64,000 bases of DNA from IMG/VR virus record IMGVR_UViG_3300037245_002365; one strand, 5' to 3'. The position numbers were made by a program, and so were the translations under genes. The stretch comes from a virus (Duplodnaviria; Heunggongvirae; Uroviricota; Caudoviricetes). Shown piece by piece: positions 8,823 through 18,914 of the stretch; position 1 is the first letter of the stretch, and each line of letters begins with the position of its first letter. The notes beneath the pieces are model-generated. The model saw only the letters and a program-made list of their open reading frames with translations. It was not told the origin of the DNA and made no database searches.

Positions 8823-10424
8823 TTAGAATATTAATCGAATTTGGATATAGTTAGCAGGGTACTTAAGTAGTACAGCGACATCAACCAGTAAGGTATCTGG
8901 GTTAGCTTCGCTCTGTACAACAGATACAACTCTAAGGTCACTAATGTATCCCTGACGTTTCAAATAGAACCCTACACTTATAATGGTAGTTTCGACCAGC
9001 GTTAAGAACGCAGGATCAATTGTTCGTTTACCAATATGTGGGTCTAATGCTTTTCTAATAAATTTAGCTGTATAATCTAATTGTGTAGTTATACTTAGCT
9101 CTCTGCTTGCTATCGTAGATGTATCAGTACTTAACTGATGTCTTGAAACAAGTGTATTAGGAGCTTTTTGCTCCATAATAAATGTTCCACCTTCTGCCAT
9201 TGTATTTAGGTTGGCTTCTGAATAATAATCAGTAGAACCTTTAGCATCATAAAATCCAGCTTGTGCTACATTTGTTAATGGTGCCTCTGGTGTTTTACCA
9301 ATAACAGAACCAACATTCGATGCACAGTAGTAGTATCCCGGTACTGGTACCAATGCCGTCAATGTCATATCTTCTGTCCTGTAGTAATCCTTCATAACAT
9401 CAAATATAGCCGACGTTATCAATGTACCCTTCAAATATATTTTACCATTTAAAGTCAGATTCGATTTTAATATGGCAAGCAACGGTGTTGTACCTATTGT
9501 TTTATCTGTAGTATCTGTGAAACTTGCAGTTATCCATGCAGGAGACAGTGTTGAAATATGTCTTTTTTCTTCTATGTAAGCAATATCAGGATGAACTGAG
9601 AACAGTCTCTTATTTCCAAGAGCTGCATTCGCGTCCCTAATTTCTTCTGCTGTGGTATTTTTCTCTGTTGAAGTTTCTTCGTACTCCGTTCCAGTGAATG
9701 TTATTTCTTTATCAACAAACGCGATACGTTCCTTTCTATTTTCAGGTTCTGATTGTGTGGTAACGTGTGAACTAACAGCCCCAACTGTTGTTGACATGTT
9801 TGATTCTTGTGTTAGAACACCTAGAGCATACACTTCTTTATTCACTAAGAAATCAAGTGCGCTTACTACATCGGTATCCGCCGAAGCTGCCATTCCATAA
9901 GAATTTACAACTGTACCGGCATTCGCCATTGCTAGGAAACCGCCGTAAGCTACTGTGTTCCAAGATTTTATATCACCATACAGAGTTTTAATAGTATCAA
10001 CACCATCTAGAATGTTGTACCCTTGTCCGTCTGCATTAGCTGTTCTGTACGAAACAAATACTGCTCCGTTTGTAATGTCAACTCCGCCGTTCTGAATACC
10101 AGAGGCAATCGTAATTGTACTTACACCAGATAGCGTTGCTATTGTGTAATCAGTATCTTTTACTAGTGGCAGTCTAGTGCCAAATGACAGTAAGTCTACT
10201 ACAACTAAGTCCTCATCTCCAGTTACATCACTATAATCTGCGTTAACAGTACTTAAATCTAAATCCAAAGGTGCCGCTGTCGTATATGTTACAGCCGCCT
10301 CTGTTTCTTCTTGAACCCAAAAAGATTGCCCAAGAACAACCGCTTCTAAATCTGGGGTATTTAGTACGGGAGTTGCTACGCTTTCTACCTGAGTGATGTC
10401 TGTACCTGGCTTGTTATATGCCAT
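8823..10424 (-). CDS. Tail sheath protein
   Basis: MAYNKPG N-terminus; C-terminal ELSITTQLDY..K.IR..L..HIG and V.V.L.YPANYI.I sheath-type signature; SD GGAGG. Confidence 0.8.
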   Translation of the reverse strand: MAYNKPGTDITQVESVATPVLNTPDLEAVVLGQSFWVQEETEAAVTYTTAAPLDLDLSTVNADYSDVTGDEDLVVVDLLSFGTRLPLVKDTDYTIATLSGVSTITIASGIQNGGVDITNGAVFVSYRTANADGQGYNILDGVDTIKTLYGDIKSWNTVAYGGFLAMANAGTVVNSYGMAASADTDVVSALDFLVNKEVYALGVLTQESNMSTTVGAVSSHVTTQSEPENRKERIAFVDKEITFTGTEYEETSTEKNTTAEEIRDANAALGNKRLFSVHPDIAYIEEKRHISTLSPAWITASFTDTTDKTIGTTPLLAILKSNLTLNGKIYLKGTLITSAIFDVMKDYYRTEDMTLTALVPVPGYYYCASNVGSVIGKTPEAPLTNVAQAGFYDAKGSTDYYSEANLNTMAEGGTFIMEQKAPNTLVSRHQLSTDTSTIASRELSITTQLDYTAKFIRKALDPHIGKRTIDPAFLTLVETTIISVGFYLKRQGYISDLRVVSVVQSEANPDTLLVDVAVLLKYPANYIQIRLIF

Positions 10425-10458
10425 TTTTTATCCTCCAATAAACTATTTTATACAATGC

Positions 10459-11148
10459 TTACTTACCAAGAAGCATTGCTGCTGTGCCAATTGCTGGGCT
10501 AACGCCCCACAATGCATATGATTTTGCTCCTGCTTTCGCTCTCTCTTTAATACCACCTTTGGTAAAGGCAACATCTGTTGCTGCAAATCCTGGAGCGGTC
10601 ATTGCATAGCTAAGGCCCCGCATTGGGGCTCTCTTTTTAATAAGCACATTTTTACCTGCTGTACCTACAACTTTTCTGCTAGAACTTAGGGGTATTCCAA
10701 ATAAACTTTTTCCTTTAAGAACTCCGCCCGTTAATTTATCGGGTGAAACTACCTTATATTTAGCTGCTCTTACTTGTCCTTTTCCCATTTCTACTATATT
10801 TTTACTTGCTTGCGCAAAATTTTTCATTGCAGATTGCTGTCTAGTAACTCCTCTGCCCAAGATGGATAAGTTATGAGCGATGTTTCCCATCTCTCTAACT
10901 CCCCAACTTTTTGCTGCACCGTGTCTCATTGCACCAATATTTTTTACACCCTTTGCTAAACTAGCCGTGGGATTTCTATATTTGGCTGCATGAGTAAGAG
11001 TTGCTCTTAATCCTTTTGCTTTATACGTACGATGTAACAGCTTACCAAGAAATATTGCTGGTCTAATGAGTGCTGCAAATGGAAGAGCGTTTTTTTCAAA
11101 CTCCCTTGTTTCTGAATATTTATAAAATACTATTTCTGCTTTATCCAT
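10459..11148 (-). CDS. Basic protein with shared N-terminal leader (MDKAEIVFYKYS); putative internal head protein
   Basis: K/R/G/A-rich; the leader resembles those of five other ORFs. Confidence 0.6.
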   Translation of the reverse strand: MDKAEIVFYKYSETREFEKNALPFAALIRPAIFLGKLLHRTYKAKGLRATLTHAAKYRNPTASLAKGVKNIGAMRHGAAKSWGVREMGNIAHNLSILGRGVTRQQSAMKNFAQASKNIVEMGKGQVRAAKYKVVSPDKLTGGVLKGKSLFGIPLSSSRKVVGTAGKNVLIKKRAPMRGLSYAMTAPGFAATDVAFTKGGIKERAKAGAKSYALWGVSPAIGTAAMLLGK

Positions 11149-12005
11149 TATGCATCTTCCACTGTCGTAAGCGTGTAATCATTAAATATTGTGTAATACC
11201 CATGGACAGTTCCACCGTCTGGTATTGTAAAATTCTTGTTAACTCCATCCACATCTCCAACCAGAACAACATCTTCTATTGTTTCCAAAGTTATTCCATC
11301 TACGTAAGTTGCTTTTACTACACCGCCTGTGGCTGGTGCAGTCGTCATTATTACTGTGTCTGCATCTGGTCTATTAATTCTAAATCCAATGCTTTCAAAT
11401 TCTTTTTCGTCATCTATTGTTACAAGTATGTTATAATGACTTTCTCCTCTTGAAACAACTACATTTTTTTGGAAGGCAAAGCTTATTGAAATCCCAGTCA
11501 TTTCCATATCAGAGTTACTCTTTACAATCGACTCCTCGCCCATTGAGATTGAGAACACCGAATGGACTCCCTTACTCTGTAGCTCCTCTCTGAAAGCATA
11601 CAGAACAGTCATAACTTCATCAGCTAACGCTTCAGCCTCTAGCCCATCTTTAGTAATTACTGTAAAAGTGCCACCACCACGAATCATATCGTTATATGTG
11701 GTATTTTTATATGCACTTGATGATGGTTCTGGTCCTTGTAATCCTTCTGGTCTAGATTGTCCTGGTTGTACAAAGTATGCCTTTTGGTTCATACCAATCT
11801 TCATAAATGAAAAAGAGCCTCTAGAGAATACGATAGTTGGACGTTTAATCGTGATCCCTAAATCAATTGCGTTTTTATCTACTATAATTACCTTGGTTTG
11901 TGTAACGTCCTTAACCCAAGGATAAACATAATGCTGTTCGAAATACTCTTGCATCATGCTGATAAATATGTATTTAATATCTAGACTTATATTACCTGTA
12001 GACAT
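11148..12005 (-). CDS. Putative tail completion/terminator-like structural protein
   Basis: Position upstream of sheath/tube; TAATG coupling on both sides. Function inferred from context only. Confidence 0.5.
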   Translation of the reverse strand: MSTGNISLDIKYIFISMMQEYFEQHYVYPWVKDVTQTKVIIVDKNAIDLGITIKRPTIVFSRGSFSFMKIGMNQKAYFVQPGQSRPEGLQGPEPSSSAYKNTTYNDMIRGGGTFTVITKDGLEAEALADEVMTVLYAFREELQSKGVHSVFSISMGEESIVKSNSDMEMTGISISFAFQKNVVVSRGESHYNILVTIDDEKEFESIGFRINRPDADTVIMTTAPATGGVVKATYVDGITLETIEDVVLVGDVDGVNKNFTIPDGGTVHGYYTIFNDYTLTTVEDA

Positions 12006-12178
12006 TACAGTTTAATCGTTTTATATAAAAGAGGCTTCAGCCCCTTAACGATTTTTCCCCCGGTTTTCTTAACATTTTCTTCGCCAACTTCATCAGATAG
12101 CTTTTCCTCCGCATCTTTCAGAATTCTTTCTGCAAGAGTCGTAGGCTGGGGTACATGTATTTCTGGTACTAAACGCAT
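12005..12178 (-). CDS. 57-aa hypothetical protein missed by the ORF track (MRLVPEIHVPQP...KTIKL)
   Basis: Hand-translated. Its TAA overlaps the next ATG (TAATG at 12005); ATG lies 5 nt downstream of a -10 box. Confidence 0.65.
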   Translation of the reverse strand: MRLVPEIHVPQPTTLAERILKDAEEKLSDEVGEENVKKTGGKIVKGLKPLLYKTIKL

Positions 12179-12183
12179 ATCTT

Positions 12184-12212
12184 AATATAGTAGTATCTTT
12201 CTCGATAGTCAA
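12184..12212 (-). promoter_or_regulatory. Sigma70-type promoter TTGACT-N17-TATATT
   Basis: Read on the minus strand; one of eight similar intergenic sites. Confidence 0.75.
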
Positions 12213-12236
12213 GAATATTCTTTATATTCTATATGT

Positions 12237-14159
12237 TTATACAAGAGCGATTTCATGTTCTACCCCAGTTCCATCTTGAAAATATAATTTATTGTCAGCT
12301 TTAGTATATACTTTACCATAATCAGTGTCTGCTGTGGGAGTTGTCGTTTCCTTAATACACAATACTCCTCCCTCAAGAGTTAGATCTGCGTTTACACTGG
12401 GAGAGGCTGTCCCTATGCCGACGTTGCCAGAAGAGTCAACACGAACCCTCTCGGTTCCTCCTGCCTTTAAAAATAAATCATCGGTCACCGCGCCAATCTC
12501 AACGCTACTACTATCCGCAGTGTTTGAGTCTACAAAAGCAATAGAGGCAGTAGGATCGCCGGATTCAAATAGTCCAACACGGTTAGTTGAGGCATGAAAT
12601 ACATGGAGATATGCGCCAGGAGTAATCCCTATCCCGAATTTACCCGCACTATCAAATCGTGCCCATTCCTCAGCAAGCGCAGCATCAGTATGAACAGCCT
12701 TCGCGCCAAAAACTAATCCTCTAGATATATCTGTGTATAATGCAGTATTTGATTCGTCAGGAATATCAACGTCAATACCAAAAAAGTGATTCGAGTCCTC
12801 TACCATTGCAAATCGTGGATTAGTTGCAAAAATTTCTAAGTTTACACTTGGCGAATCAGTCCCTATGCCTACGTTGCCATTTCCAAGAATAGTAAGCATA
12901 TTAAGAGAATCTCGTCCTGTCACATGTAATAGTTTATAACTAGCACTATCACCGGCTGCATGTTTAATTTGAACTAACGTATTTGTTACACTAGTTTGGT
13001 CCGTACATTCAAATAGATTATTTACCGCAGTAGCTCCATCGGTTGATACGGAATGGAAGGGCAAGGTCGCATGGACTGTATAAAGTCTATAATCTGGATC
13101 ATCAATCCCTATGCCGACGTTGCCATCCGCAAAGTAATAACTTGACGCCCCAAAAATTAACGGTCTATACGCAACGGCATCACGGTCAAATGAATCAATA
13201 TATGCCTTATCATCAGTCCTAAAACTAATCTCTAATCCACCAACTCCTGTAGGATCTGAAAATGCAGTCCTAGTTGCTTGTATAACTCCAGCAGTTGCTA
13301 GTTTCGCTGTAGGCGCAACAATCCCTATGCCGACGTTAGTGCCGTCATCATAAATTATGGAATTAGTTAAGGAGTCCGCGTCTGACCATTTAGGTATGTA
13401 ATTAGTAGTACCACTTCCATCAATAAGACTGCCATCCCATACTTTACTATCAATTTCATCAGTTTTAAGCAAGCCGCCACTATTTAAAATTACTACGCTA
13501 TTGTCAGTATCAACTCCAATATTTGCAGCGCTAATAGTAGTTGATACAGACAGTGCTCCAGTTATTCCAAGAGTAGTAGTATTCCAGGTAAGATTAGCAT
13601 CTGTATCATATCTTAACGCACTGTTATTCCAGAAACTTATTGCTGTATCGGTTGGAGTATCTTCGCGTGTAGCAACAGCCTGTGTGTCACCAGATGTACC
13701 TACTCTAAAGTTATCTTGGGTTTCGTCGAATATGAATTGGTAATTGGTCGAAGACCCGCGATCAATTTCAATACCAGCAGTGCCTGAGGTGACTCCTGCA
13801 CCCACTTCACCATTATTGATGAGTAGGACGTTGTCTTCAATTAAAACGGTCTGTGTATTGGCTGTGAAGGTAGTTCCATTTACAGACAAGTTTCCTGTAA
13901 CAACTAGATCCAGGCCTATGGTTAGGTCTCCAGTTAAGTCTAAACTGGGGGCCGCTTCTACTGCTTTAGGTCCTATTTCGTCCCATTGCAATAATGAGCC
14001 GTTATAAACTTCTATACGTTGTGTAGAAGAATTGTACCAAACCCAACCAGCGGCCGGACTTGTATTATCTGAATGGTCTTTTGGGCTAAAATTGCTGAAT
14101 AAGTCAGACTCATTCATTATATCAGCATCTAATATCTGCCCTTCTCTAAATCTTGGCAT
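12237..14159 (-). CDS. Tail fibre-like protein with GNVGIG repeat modules
   Basis: Repeated G(N/T)NVGIG..P modules, LLINNGEVGAGVT..AGIEIDRG segment, C-terminal GKVYTK.DNKLYFQDG.G.E. Confidence 0.7.
   Translation of the reverse strand: MPRFREGQILDADIMNESDLFSNFSPKDHSDNTSPAAGWVWYNSSTQRIEVYNGSLLQWDEIGPKAVEAAPSLDLTGDLTIGLDLVVTGNLSVNGTTFTANTQTVLIEDNVLLINNGEVGAGVTSGTAGIEIDRGSSTNYQFIFDETQDNFRVGTSGDTQAVATREDTPTDTAISFWNNSALRYDTDANLTWNTTTLGITGALSVSTTISAANIGVDTDNSVVILNSGGLLKTDEIDSKVWDGSLIDGSGTTNYIPKWSDADSLTNSIIYDDGTNVGIGIVAPTAKLATAGVIQATRTAFSDPTGVGGLEISFRTDDKAYIDSFDRDAVAYRPLIFGASSYYFADGNVGIGIDDPDYRLYTVHATLPFHSVSTDGATAVNNLFECTDQTSVTNTLVQIKHAAGDSASYKLLHVTGRDSLNMLTILGNGNVGIGTDSPSVNLEIFATNPRFAMVEDSNHFFGIDVDIPDESNTALYTDISRGLVFGAKAVHTDAALAEEWARFDSAGKFGIGITPGAYLHVFHASTNRVGLFESGDPTASIAFVDSNTADSSSVEIGAVTDDLFLKAGGTERVRVDSSGNVGIGTASPSVNADLTLEGGVLCIKETTTPTADTDYGKVYTKADNKLYFQDGTGVEHEIALV
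12410..13337. repeat. Dispersed 20-nt direct repeat TCCCTATGCCGACGTTGCCA
   Basis: Exact at 12410-12429 and 13106-13125, one mismatch at 12860-12879, 16-nt match at 13322-13337; encodes GNVGIG on the minus strand. Confidence 0.85.
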
Positions 14160-14176
14160 ATGAAATTATCCTTATT

Positions 14177-15550
14177 TTATGCTGTTGATGTTAATGGTCC
14201 CCAGATCATAACTTCGTCTGCTGGGAATAATGTATAGTTCAGTTCAGAAGAATTGAACGTAATGACAATATTACTACCGCTGTTAGAAATAGAAGTTATC
14301 GCTGCTAATTCTGTTGCTTGTCCATTTACAAATATTAAGAATTTGCTATTGTCGTCTGCTGTTCCTGCTGTTTCAAAATCAGTATGAATATTATATCCTG
14401 CAACCGTTGAAGTGGTTGAAGTTGTATAAACTCCTGGAGCATTTGTTAATGCACCAAACCAAGTAGCCATCGCATGTGTATCAACATAAGTTTTATTAAC
14501 TGCGTGCGTCCCTAACGTTGGTGTTGGAACAATTGGGCTTACACTAAATGTTTGTAGCGCTGTCCAAGTCATTGCTTGGTCATCCAAGTGCGCGTATAGA
14601 ACACTTGTGTCCACATCAAACGTATCTGCGCCTACTGTAGTATAAGTACCGTCCGGGATAGTGAAAGTAAAATCAATACCACCTAATAATGTTCCTGAAT
14701 TATTTCCAGTTAAACCATTGCCTGCTGTTGAAGTCCAAGTAGTTGCCTCAAGGATGTCAATAGCTGCTCTATTTTCTGCTAATGCACCTTCTACGGTAGT
14801 AGCTGAAATCTGTGCTGCCGCATCCTCAATCTTGATCATGTTAGCACCTTTACCGGATGCTGCCGTATCTAAATCTTGCCATGCTGTATCCAACGCATTA
14901 AATGCGTTATTCACTTCTGAATTGGTTGCGACCTTTTTAGCGTAGGTCATTGTACCAATAGTAAGTGTGTTACTATCAGTATCTATTGACTTGTTTGTAA
15001 AGGTGTCCGTCGTAGACGGACCCACTACATTTTGTAATGCAGTGGTTAAACCAAACTGCCACCTTGTCAACCCTTGCTTCCACACAAATTGTGCGTTATC
15101 TTGAGTATTTCTACCAATCTCAAGACCACCGTCAGTTCCAGTATTTGGAGAACCGGCGGTATAATTTAATTGCATTATTGGATCTTCAACCTGAACAACT
15201 TCAGTGTCTATAATGGTATTTGAACCCAATACAGTTAGATCACCCCAAACAACCAAATTTTTTGGTGTTCCTGAAATACCTATTGAAACGTCTCCGTTGA
15301 ACGGAGTAGTTCCATTTAAAATATTATCTATTTGTGTCTGGATGCTTGATGTTACCCCGTCAACAAAATTTAACTCTGCTGTGGATAATGTTGCTCCATC
15401 TAAAATATTTGCTTCTGCCGCAGTAATAGTTATAGCCACAGTGTCTATCTGTAAGCCATCCTTTACGACATCTAGTGTACCATTTACGTCTAATACATAT
15501 CCAACGTCTACTACTCGGTCTGTTTGTCTACTAAAATCAATTATTGGCAT
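14177..15550 (-). CDS. Tail fibre/baseplate-associated structural protein
   Basis: Shares the GDLTV.G..T.I.T..V.VED..M.LN...G.EI.R module with the 640-aa fibre; HAVNKTYVD motif. Confidence 0.6.
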   Translation of the reverse strand: MPIIDFSRQTDRVVDVGYVLDVNGTLDVVKDGLQIDTVAITITAAEANILDGATLSTAELNFVDGVTSSIQTQIDNILNGTTPFNGDVSIGISGTPKNLVVWGDLTVLGSNTIIDTEVVQVEDPIMQLNYTAGSPNTGTDGGLEIGRNTQDNAQFVWKQGLTRWQFGLTTALQNVVGPSTTDTFTNKSIDTDSNTLTIGTMTYAKKVATNSEVNNAFNALDTAWQDLDTAASGKGANMIKIEDAAAQISATTVEGALAENRAAIDILEATTWTSTAGNGLTGNNSGTLLGGIDFTFTIPDGTYTTVGADTFDVDTSVLYAHLDDQAMTWTALQTFSVSPIVPTPTLGTHAVNKTYVDTHAMATWFGALTNAPGVYTTSTTSTVAGYNIHTDFETAGTADDNSKFLIFVNGQATELAAITSISNSGSNIVITFNSSELNYTLFPADEVMIWGPLTSTA

Positions 15551-15565
15551 TTTGCCATCTCCTTA

Positions 15566-16756
15566 TTAATTATTTATTTGATAATATATACCAATATCGT
15601 CTGCGTCTTCAATATTTATCGTTCCACCATATGCGGTCTTTTGTACTATTACATCTTGGCCACTTATGTAAAAATCTGACAATGCCGCAATAGATGTCTG
15701 AACGGTATTACTTAAGTACATTACGCCATTTACTATTACTTGGACGGACCCGTCTGCTAAAATAGCCTGCGCTGATGATAACACATCACTAAAACTAAAT
15801 TGACTCCCTCTGGTTACCGTTGTTCCGTCTGATCCAGCAAACCTTCTATACTTTAATGGACCACCACCAACTAACTGTTCGTCTACATATGTCTTAGTTG
15901 CTAAATGTGCATAACTGGCCTTATTGCTATCAGTAATAAGTACAGCTGGCATAGTCGTCTTAGCGCCTATTTCATTGTCAACTGTATAAACAATATCGTC
16001 AAATGCTATTAAGCTACATTGTACGGATTGCTCTATTAGAAAACCATTCTTTTTGGTTGGTACTACCTGTTTAACAACCCATCTCTGGTTTTCATCATCT
16101 ACAATAATATCCTTCGCGCGCAAGGGCGGGAAGTTTAAGGTGTAGAATATAATATCCTTCGGAACCCACTCACCAAACATCGTTAGTTGATTGGCATCTG
16201 GTGAGACAGTTATCATGCCTTTGGTATAGATAGATTCAAAATATCCGCCTACCCATCCAGTATCATAACAAGTGCTACAGTCGCCAACGGTGACCCTACT
16301 TGTCGTTTCATCCCAACAATCAGGACAGTGTGTACCAAACGTTCTTCGTTTAAGTATGTAGAAATCTCGCCCAGTTTTCTTATCTAAAGACAGGCGTTTA
16401 CGTCTAATAATGCTTAAAGCAATCTTATCGGTTACAACACCTTTTCTATAAGCAGGTATTTCTGGCTGTACTGTCTGTTTATCCGTAACAGTATTATTTA
16501 TACCTATTTTATAATACCATGTTCTCAGCGGATCATATAGGCCTGCAACTGATGTATCGTCATATGAAAATGTAGCTGCTGAAATTCCAGAGGCGACTAG
16601 ATCATATCCATCTAAATCCTCCGTTCCTGGATTCTCCGACCTATAAATATCTATTTCATAATCAGTCAAGGATTCTAATGTATCTTTGAACTCCCATGTT
16701 ACTGTAAGTTGCTCTGCTTGATATGAAGATATTGTTAGTGTGTTAAGTAGTAGCAT
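15566..16756 (-). CDS. Putative neck/head-closure protein with Cys cluster
   Basis: N-terminal Ig/FN3-like beta region, CPDCWD...CSTCYDTGWVGGYF; lies among head-tail genes. Confidence 0.5.
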   Translation of the reverse strand: MLLLNTLTISSYQAEQLTVTWEFKDTLESLTDYEIDIYRSENPGTEDLDGYDLVASGISAATFSYDDTSVAGLYDPLRTWYYKIGINNTVTDKQTVQPEIPAYRKGVVTDKIALSIIRRKRLSLDKKTGRDFYILKRRTFGTHCPDCWDETTSRVTVGDCSTCYDTGWVGGYFESIYTKGMITVSPDANQLTMFGEWVPKDIIFYTLNFPPLRAKDIIVDDENQRWVVKQVVPTKKNGFLIEQSVQCSLIAFDDIVYTVDNEIGAKTTMPAVLITDSNKASYAHLATKTYVDEQLVGGGPLKYRRFAGSDGTTVTRGSQFSFSDVLSSAQAILADGSVQVIVNGVMYLSNTVQTSIAALSDFYISGQDVIVQKTAYGGTINIEDADDIGIYYQINN

Positions 16757-16764
16757 GTGTAATC

Positions 16765-17244
16765 TTACTCAAAAATGTCGTGTGGATCGTCCCAAAATTG
16801 TGCGTACTCAGATGCAACTCCACCGTAACCATTATCAATGTTCGTGCTTACTTTGAAACTTAACACCTGCTGTCTATATTTACTTATCAGTATATTATAG
16901 AAGTTAATATATCTTCCATAAGTATCTTCTTCGTGGATTGTAACGCCACCTGAATCATTGTAAGTAACAGTATTTCGTGCTGACAGCACACCCTTACCTA
17001 TTAACACATTTAGAGTTGCCCCAGTTCTTAATAGAAACCAATTAGGGAAAGTGTCTAATGAATATGTTGTTAGCATTCCAACTAAATTTATTTCGTCCAG
17101 CGCGTCTTCTATACACTCATATAAGTATAAATCACTAGATTCTACATCAGCTAGTAATACGTTTGCGGATGTGGTATCGTTTAAAAATCTTCTTAATCTA
17201 TTTACCTTTCCTAAATATTTTTCTGGTACTGTTGGCTCTGCCAT
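16765..17244 (-). CDS. Putative head-tail adaptor
   Basis: VNRLRRFLND helical start; position downstream of the capsid gene. Confidence 0.45.
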   Translation of the reverse strand: MAEPTVPEKYLGKVNRLRRFLNDTTSANVLLADVESSDLYLYECIEDALDEINLVGMLTTYSLDTFPNWFLLRTGATLNVLIGKGVLSARNTVTYNDSGGVTIHEEDTYGRYINFYNILISKYRQQVLSFKVSTNIDNGYGGVASEYAQFWDDPHDIFE

Positions 17245-17252
17245 ATTTCTCC

Positions 17253-17873
17253 TTATGAGCTTATATCTACTTCTGTTATTGATCCTAGTCTGGCCGTAGG
17301 CTGACTAGGTATAATCACATATCTACTAATTCCTGCATCAAGTATCTCAAAGTATACTGTTGCTCCATAAACAATATCCCATTGAATCAACCCTGATTCG
17401 TCACTATACATAGTTGGTGCATTCACATTAGCGTAAAACGCAGCCGTATTTGAGTATGGAAGATTCATTATTGTTGCCGTTCCTTTATATCCTTCTAACA
17501 ACGAGCCATTCTGTCCGGCAAGTGTTTCAAATATTCTACATACCTCTGGCGCACTTACGTTCCAATCTGCATCTTGCACATTGAATTCTAACGCCATATC
17601 TATGGAAGCCACGCCTGATTCGTATATAATGTTTTCCCAAGTATCAGTCCAAGTGCCTAATTGAGCGTCCACGTCTAAACTGTAGTCTACGTAGTAACTT
17701 CCTGTATCTAATTTTGTTGGAACTATTCCACTGGCTAATACTACCCCAGACGCATTAGTTATGGTTACGCCATCACCAATATCATAGGGATCAGTGAGTG
17801 TACCTCCCATATCAATTAATACAGGTAGTCTAACTATCTGTCCCGGTCTTGCTGTTCCTCTTGTTGTTGGCAT
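17253..17873 (-). CDS. Hypothetical structural protein (beta-rich)
   Basis: 206-aa ORF with SD and its own promoter. Confidence 0.55.
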   Translation of the reverse strand: MPTTRGTARPGQIVRLPVLIDMGGTLTDPYDIGDGVTITNASGVVLASGIVPTKLDTGSYYVDYSLDVDAQLGTWTDTWENIIYESGVASIDMALEFNVQDADWNVSAPEVCRIFETLAGQNGSLLEGYKGTATIMNLPYSNTAAFYANVNAPTMYSDESGLIQWDIVYGATVYFEILDAGISRYVIIPSQPTARLGSITEVDISS

Positions 17874-17904
17874 AATACCCTCTTTGAAATAAATGTTACA
17901 CTAA

Positions 17905-17933
17905 AATATAAGATATTTTGGTGTTATTGTCAA
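17905..17933 (-). promoter_or_regulatory. Sigma70-type promoter TTGACA-N17-TATATT
   Basis: Intergenic, just downstream of the capsid terminator. Confidence 0.8.
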
Positions 17934-17951
17934 TCAATTTCGGTGGTAAAT

Positions 17952-17981
17952 AAAAAAGGGCCAAGCGTTAGCCTGACCCTT
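17952..17981 (-). terminator. Intrinsic terminator after the major capsid gene
   Basis: Minus strand AGGGTCAGGC-taac-GCTTGGCCCT followed by T6. Confidence 0.75.
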
Positions 17982-18007
17982 AGTTTTAGTTGCTACTTAC
18001 TTATCAA

Positions 18008-18901
18008 TTAAGATAAAGTAATTACTGAGCATGCTTTGGTGTTACCAATACCAATACCAATCGACTCATAAGATGAGAAGGTTATGATATTCTTTTCTTT
18101 CTTCACCCAGAACTTGATATCGTTCAACACGCAGAAGTTTCCTAGGAATTCTTGTGCGGTGAAGCCATAGATTTTGTTTTGTAACAAGGAAACCTTGTTA
18201 GAAACAATCAGTCTACGACCGAATAGAGTGTCATATTTATACCCATTAACGAAAGTCTCAGAACCAACGGCATCACCCACGGTTGTGGCGTCATATAGGA
18301 ATAAACGGTTATAGGTTGTGGTGTCCATTAACAGAACTTCAGTTTTTAGCTCAATTCCGTCCAGAACGTTAAACAGTTTCCTGAAATCGTCTTTTTTGAT
18401 TGAACCATCTGTCTCGTAAGAACCTGTAATAGCAGAACTTTCTGTGGCGATAGCCGCATCAATTGCTGCAAGGAAACTTTCGTCTTCTGTTTTTTGGATG
18501 TCTAGCAACGAGTTTTGCTCGATAACTTGCGTTAGAGGCATTTCATAGGCTAGCAATTCTTCTTCCGTTTTCTGGAAGTTTTCAGAACTGACCATATTGA
18601 AATTAATCTCATAACGTTCGCCTTCGATGTAGTTGTAATCTGCGTCGCCGCGGAAGTTTACTGTCATCGCTTTTGAGTCTGGCTCGATATCAACGATTTT
18701 TGTCAAACCGTCGTGCTGGACTGATCTTTGCAGATCTGCTTTTGTTACGTACTCTGGTTGGATTACCTTTCTAGCGAAGGAAACTTCACGTAATTTCTTA
18801 CGAATAAAAGCTGAACCTTCTGCTGCGATCTTTTCTTGACCTTCAGATGTTTCCAAGTTTTGAACGAAAAGCTCGTTCATGGCTGCTACATTATAACTCA
18901 T
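18008..18901 (-). CDS. Major capsid protein (HK97 fold, short encapsulin-like type)
   Basis: FIRKKLREVSFARKVI, QVIEQNSLLDIQKTEDESFL, YESIGIGIGN C-terminus; follows protease and scaffolds; strong SD and downstream terminator. Confidence 0.75.
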   Translation of the reverse strand: MSYNVAAMNELFVQNLETSEGQEKIAAEGSAFIRKKLREVSFARKVIQPEYVTKADLQRSVQHDGLTKIVDIEPDSKAMTVNFRGDADYNYIEGERYEINFNMVSSENFQKTEEELLAYEMPLTQVIEQNSLLDIQKTEDESFLAAIDAAIATESSAITGSYETDGSIKKDDFRKLFNVLDGIELKTEVLLMDTTTYNRLFLYDATTVGDAVGSETFVNGYKYDTLFGRRLIVSNKVSLLQNKIYGFTAQEFLGNFCVLNDIKFWVKKEKNIITFSSYESIGIGIGNTKACSVITLS

Positions 18902-18914
18902 ATTACACTACTCC

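Noticed and set aside
12027-12046. Hairpin AAGGGGC-tgaa-GCCTCTT as a terminator
   Set aside because: It falls inside the 57-aa CDS that is translationally coupled to the next gene.
12410-13337. 20-nt repeats as a CRISPR array or DGR template/variable repeats
   Set aside because: Spacing is irregular (216-450 nt), the repeats are in-frame coding, and no cas or reverse transcriptase gene is in the window.
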